Shown one piece after another: positions 61,383 through 64,000 of a DNA stretch of 64,000 nucleotides. How positions within the stretch are numbered: the stretch's first letter is position 1; each line of letters begins with the position of its first letter. A model generated the notes under the pieces. The model had not been told where the DNA came from and did not search any database. It saw only the letters and a program-made list of their open reading frames with translations. The DNA is from Salpingoeca rosetta (taxonomy: Eukaryota; Protista; Choanoflagellata): NCBI GenBank assembly GCA_033442325.1, contig JAWQFM010000027.1, positions 474,728-538,727 of the forward strand, in the 5' to 3' direction. Made by a program: the position numbers and the translations under genes.

Positions 61383-61657
61383 CGTGCGTGTTTTCGACAG
61401 GTGCATGGAGCGTATTGTTACTTTCTTGCGCTCTTGCGCTCTTGGGGGTTGTGTTTTATGTTTGATATGTATGTGCATGAAGCACCGTGTGTTAAGTTGA
61501 CAAGAAGAAAAGCAAGCTACACCGAGTTGGTTCCAGAGTACACCACACACGCAACAAGCAAGACATCACCGCGCCTCAACCGATCGTGACCACAAATGTG
61601 GCAGCCTTGCAAACGTACACGACATGGTTCCCTCATCACCCACCCGACCTTCTTCCG

Positions 61658-62934
61658 TCACGCTTCACGTTCTTCCTCTTCATCTTCCTCCTCTTCCTCC
61701 TCATCGTCGTCATCTTGAATGTTGTCGCTCTCGGCCTCCAGGTCACCATCACCGACACTACCGCCATCACCACCGCCCGTGACATCGTGTTCGTACGGCA
61801 TTGCAATCGGGCTCAGGCTTGCAACCGACCGCACAAGGCGCCGCGTGGGACTGGTGATGTGTTGACCACCACCACCGACGCCGAAATTGCCCCTTCCATG
61901 CTCTTGCTGTTGTCGTTGTCGTTGTCGTTGTTGTTGTTGTTGGTTTGGTGGAGCATGAAGCAGTTGTGACTGCTGTTCGTTGACAGATGAAGGCGATCGA
62001 ACCTTCTGCGTACTCGTGATTGGATGTTGCTCCTGTGACTGCTGCGACTGCCGTTGTTGCTGTTGATGCCGACGGTCGTTGTTGGCAGTTGGGATGCGGA
62101 GACCAGCCGCCGTTGAGACGGATGTCTTCGTTGTTGCGCGTGTGATCATGGACACTGCTGCCTCTGTGACCGTGACGGCAACACGCTGGCTGTCGCCACT
62201 TGCTGCTGTGGCGCTTGCAGAAGTAGCAGTGGCACCACGAACGGCTGTGCTCATGCCTTCATCACCCACACGAACATCTTGCTCTCCAGTCTCCGGTGTC
62301 AGTGCACGACCAGCCGACAGTTTTGCCTTCTTCTTTGCCAAGCCACCTGTGGCTGTTGCTGTTGCTGTGGCTGTGGAGATGTGGCTGTTGTTGTGTTGCG
62401 TACGCACGTCCTTCTCGCCGCCACCGTTGTTGGTGCTGGGGTGGGCTTGCTGTTCTTGAGGTGTGGTCACAACAGCTCTTCCTACCTCCACGCCATGGCG
62501 CGCTTGGTGCGCGTATGTCTGCCGCTTGGCACCACGCCCAGTCTTCTTGCGCTGGTGCTGGTGTTGGTGCTGCTTGTGTGCCTCAAAACTGCATGGAATA
62601 TTGGCGTCCATGTCATCATCATCATCATCGTCATCAGCATCATCACCATCATCATCATCATTGTCGCCACCATCGCCATCAGCAGTCGTGCGGCTGCCAT
62701 GCGGGTAGGGTTGCGAATCACCATGCGGCTTGTTGTGAGCAGCGAGGTGACTACGCTTCACGTGTCGACGTTTCCTCTCCGTCGTTGTCATCAGTGTTGG
62801 TGTCGTTGTCTTGGCTGCACCCATCCTTGCGACTGCAACACTTTCCTGCGTCTGTGATGTTGCGGCTGCCGCTGTTGCCGCTGCTGTCACTCGAGGGGTG
62901 GTTGGTGTTGTCGGCGTGGTTGATGGCATTGCTG

Positions 62935-62975
<41 letters not shown>

Positions 62976-63439
62976 CGATGCCTTGGTGTGGCGGGTGCAG
63001 ATGTGGCGGTGGCTGGTGGCCAGTCCTCCACGGGGCGCTGCCCTTGCGGAATGAATGACGAGTGGGACGAAGCAGGGGACGGCGTGTCCTGGCGGTGGTT
63101 ATGAGGATGGTGGTGGTGATGATGGTGGTGGTGGGCGAGCTGAGAGAGGCTGCGTTTGGTGTTTGGAGAGGACTGACTGGTGTTGTGGTGCTGCTGCTGT
63201 GGCTGAAGCTGCTCCACTGCTGCTGTGGCGGTTGCTGTTGTGGTTACGGCGGTGCTGTTTGCACTCACTAGCGCATGACTCGCCTGCGTCAATGAGATGT
63301 GCGTGTGTGTGTGTGTGTGTGAGTGAGTGAGTGAGTGAGTGAGTGAGTGAGTGAGTACGTTGACTGATCCGAAAGGACAAAGAAATACAAAAGGCACACA
63401 GACACAGACACAGGCATACAGACAGACAGACAGGCATGC

Positions 63440-63472
<33 letters not shown>

Positions 63473-63852
63473 GGCAGGCAGACAGACAGACAGGCAGGCA
63501 GACAAAGGCACACACACACACACACACAGGCAGACACAGGCACACACGCACGTACACACAGACAGACAAGGCACACACGCACGCACACTGTGCCGTACGC
63601 ACTTGTTCGAGAAGCTGTGGAGAGGGCGGAGAGGCCGACGACTGGAAAGAGGTGTCACTGCTGGACGCGGTGGACGGCGCAGTGCTAGTGATGATGGTGT
63701 TGAAGCAGCCGTGAGCGGAGGGGAGAGGAGAAGGGGAGGGGGGAAACCAGAGGAATATGTGACACAACAGCAACCTACGGCACATCCCGCAGCATCGCAG
63801 GTCCAGGGGAAGGTGGGACCGGCACAATAAGAAACGCAGCACACAAGCATGC

Positions 63853-63915
<63 letters not shown>

Positions 63916-64000
63916 TACGCACACACAAATACGCTCAGGTGTGTGCAACTTACGATGAGAGCAGCTTGAGGCCAGGAGGGGAAAAGTACTGTGCAGCCTC
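61658..64000 (-). CDS. 3' part of an uncharacterised low-complexity (A/T/Q/H/D-rich) protein; 5' end outside window
   Basis: Long last exon 63283-61658 after a CAG acceptor; upstream in-phase exons near 63603-63685 and 63954-64000 (donor GTAAGT). Basic NLS-like patches (RKRRHVKR, KKKAK). No domain recognised. Confidence 0.65.

Overview
Eukaryotic, intron-rich genomic DNA, not prokaryotic. High-GC3 exons, short GT-AG introns full of (GT)n/(CA)n microsatellites and a holozoan gene set point to a choanoflagellate, probably Salpingoeca rosetta (inferred, not verified). Most ORF-track entries are microsatellite artefacts. I rebuilt 16 protein-coding loci by hand: the 3' end of axonemal dynein DNAH10; a secreted coiled-coil/CCP/EGF protein with three copies of an unrecognised beta-rich domain; a USP deubiquitinase; a divergent Ser/Thr kinase; CCT5; an intronless C2H2 zinc-finger gene with a minisatellite-like finger array; RPN6/PSMD11 head-to-head with eIF3L; AP-3 sigma head-to-head with a short Eps15-like gene; a CHP/calcineurin-B-like protein; a MORN protein; an RFX factor head-to-head with a type-I PKA regulatory subunit; an LRR-EGF-TM-TKL receptor kinase; and the 3' end of a low-complexity gene. 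No rRNA, tRNA, CRISPR array or transposon was detected. Best leads: the triple-repeat secreted protein, the PRDM9-style finger array with upstream E2F-type sites, the LRR receptor kinase with a furin-flanked poly-Asn linker, a 15-mer shared by two bidirectional promoters, and a (UG)n...(CA)n intron architecture.
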